Assembly (NCBI GenBank): GCA_030390025.1
Contig: JASTWF010000033.1
Coordinates: 3,412,001-3,476,000 of the forward strand
Source of the DNA: Squalus acanthias
Lineage: Eukaryota
Reading direction: 5' to 3'
Length of the DNA stretch: 64,000 nt
Position 1 is the first letter of the stretch, and each line of letters begins with the position of its first letter. The position numbers were made by a program, and so were the translations under genes. Shown piece by piece: positions 63,301 to 64,000 of this stretch. Under the pieces are notes generated by a model that saw nothing but the letters and a program-made list of their open reading frames with translations, was not told where the DNA came from and searched no databases.

Positions 63301-64000
63301 CACACAGACAGACTGGTGAAATGTAGTAAACAGTGAGGAGAGTAGCAGACTTCAGGAGCACACAGACAGACTGGTGAAATGTAGTAAACAGTGAGGAGAG
63401 TAACAGACTTCAGGAGCACACAGACAGACTGGTGAAATGTAGTAAACAGTGAGGAGAGTAGCAGACTTCAGGAGCACACAGACAGACTGGTGAAATGTAG
63501 TAAACAGTGAGGAGAGTAGCAGACTTCAGGAGCACACAGACAGACTGGTGAAATGTAGTAAACAGTGAGGAGAGTAGCAGACTTCAGGAGCACACAGACA
63601 GACTGGTGAAATGTAGTAAACAGTGAGGAGAGTAGCAGACTTCAGGAGCACACAGACAGACTGGTGAAATGTAGTAAACAGTGAGAGAGTAGCAGACTTC
63701 AGGAGCACACAGACAGACTGGTGAAATGTAGTAAACAGTGAGGAGAGTAGCAGACTTCAGGAGCACACAGACAGACTGGTGAAATGTAGTAAACAGTGAG
63801 GAGAGTAGCAGACTTCAGGAGCACACAGACAGACTGGTGAAATGTAGTAAACAGTGAGGAGAGTAGCAGACTTCAGGAGCACACAGACAGACTGGTGAAA
63901 TGTAGTAAACAGTGAGGAGAGTAGCAGACTTCAGGAGCACACAGACAGACTGGTGAAATGTAGTAAACAGTGAGGAGAGTAGCAGACTTCAGGAGCACAC
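45381..64000 (-). repeat. Same 58-bp satellite in reverse orientation, increasingly homogeneous, open at window end
   Basis: Unit CAGACTTCAGGAGCACACAGACAGACTGGTGAAATGTAGTAAACAGTGAGGAGAGTAG is the reverse complement of the left-array unit. Confidence 0.98.

Noticed and set aside
29398..64000. Dozens of Cys/His-rich ORFs (LLKSATLLTVYYISPVCLCAPEVCYSPHCLLHF)
   Set aside because: Translations of the 58-bp satellite cycling through frames; no zinc-finger spacing or gene structure.
45381..64000. Hammerhead-like GTGAGGA...GAAA in the 58-bp satellite (and CTGAGGA in the 29-bp repeat)
   Set aside because: Core C is replaced by G, with no convincing stem II or UH site; the 29-bp unit lacks GAAA.

Overview
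Eukaryotic, repeat-dominated vertebrate DNA. The CR1 tails, L2 3' end and GPCR type suggest a cartilaginous fish (inference). Bases 1-11.6 kb are a pile of nested CR1/L2 LINEs, including a three-level nest. A two-exon GPR139-like class A GPCR gene on the minus strand (11964-15369) is intact apart from one in-frame TGA. An 18-bp minisatellite is split by a 9.1-kb nest of insertions (CR1, a CR1 within it, and a Harbinger in its tail). The Harbinger (22419-26735) looks full-length and young: intact 382-aa DDE transposase, plus a convergent three-exon Myb/SANT-like gene broken only by one extra base in a G12 run. From 27.5 kb on there is only tandem repeat: a 67-bp array, then a ~34-kb 58-bp satellite with block duplications that switches orientation across an assembly gap. 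The most interesting items are the near-autonomous Harbinger, a short Penelope-type fragment with a minimal hammerhead core, and the one-hit GPCR pseudogene. I found no clearly unprecedented system, and most ORF-track entries are repeat or antisense artefacts.
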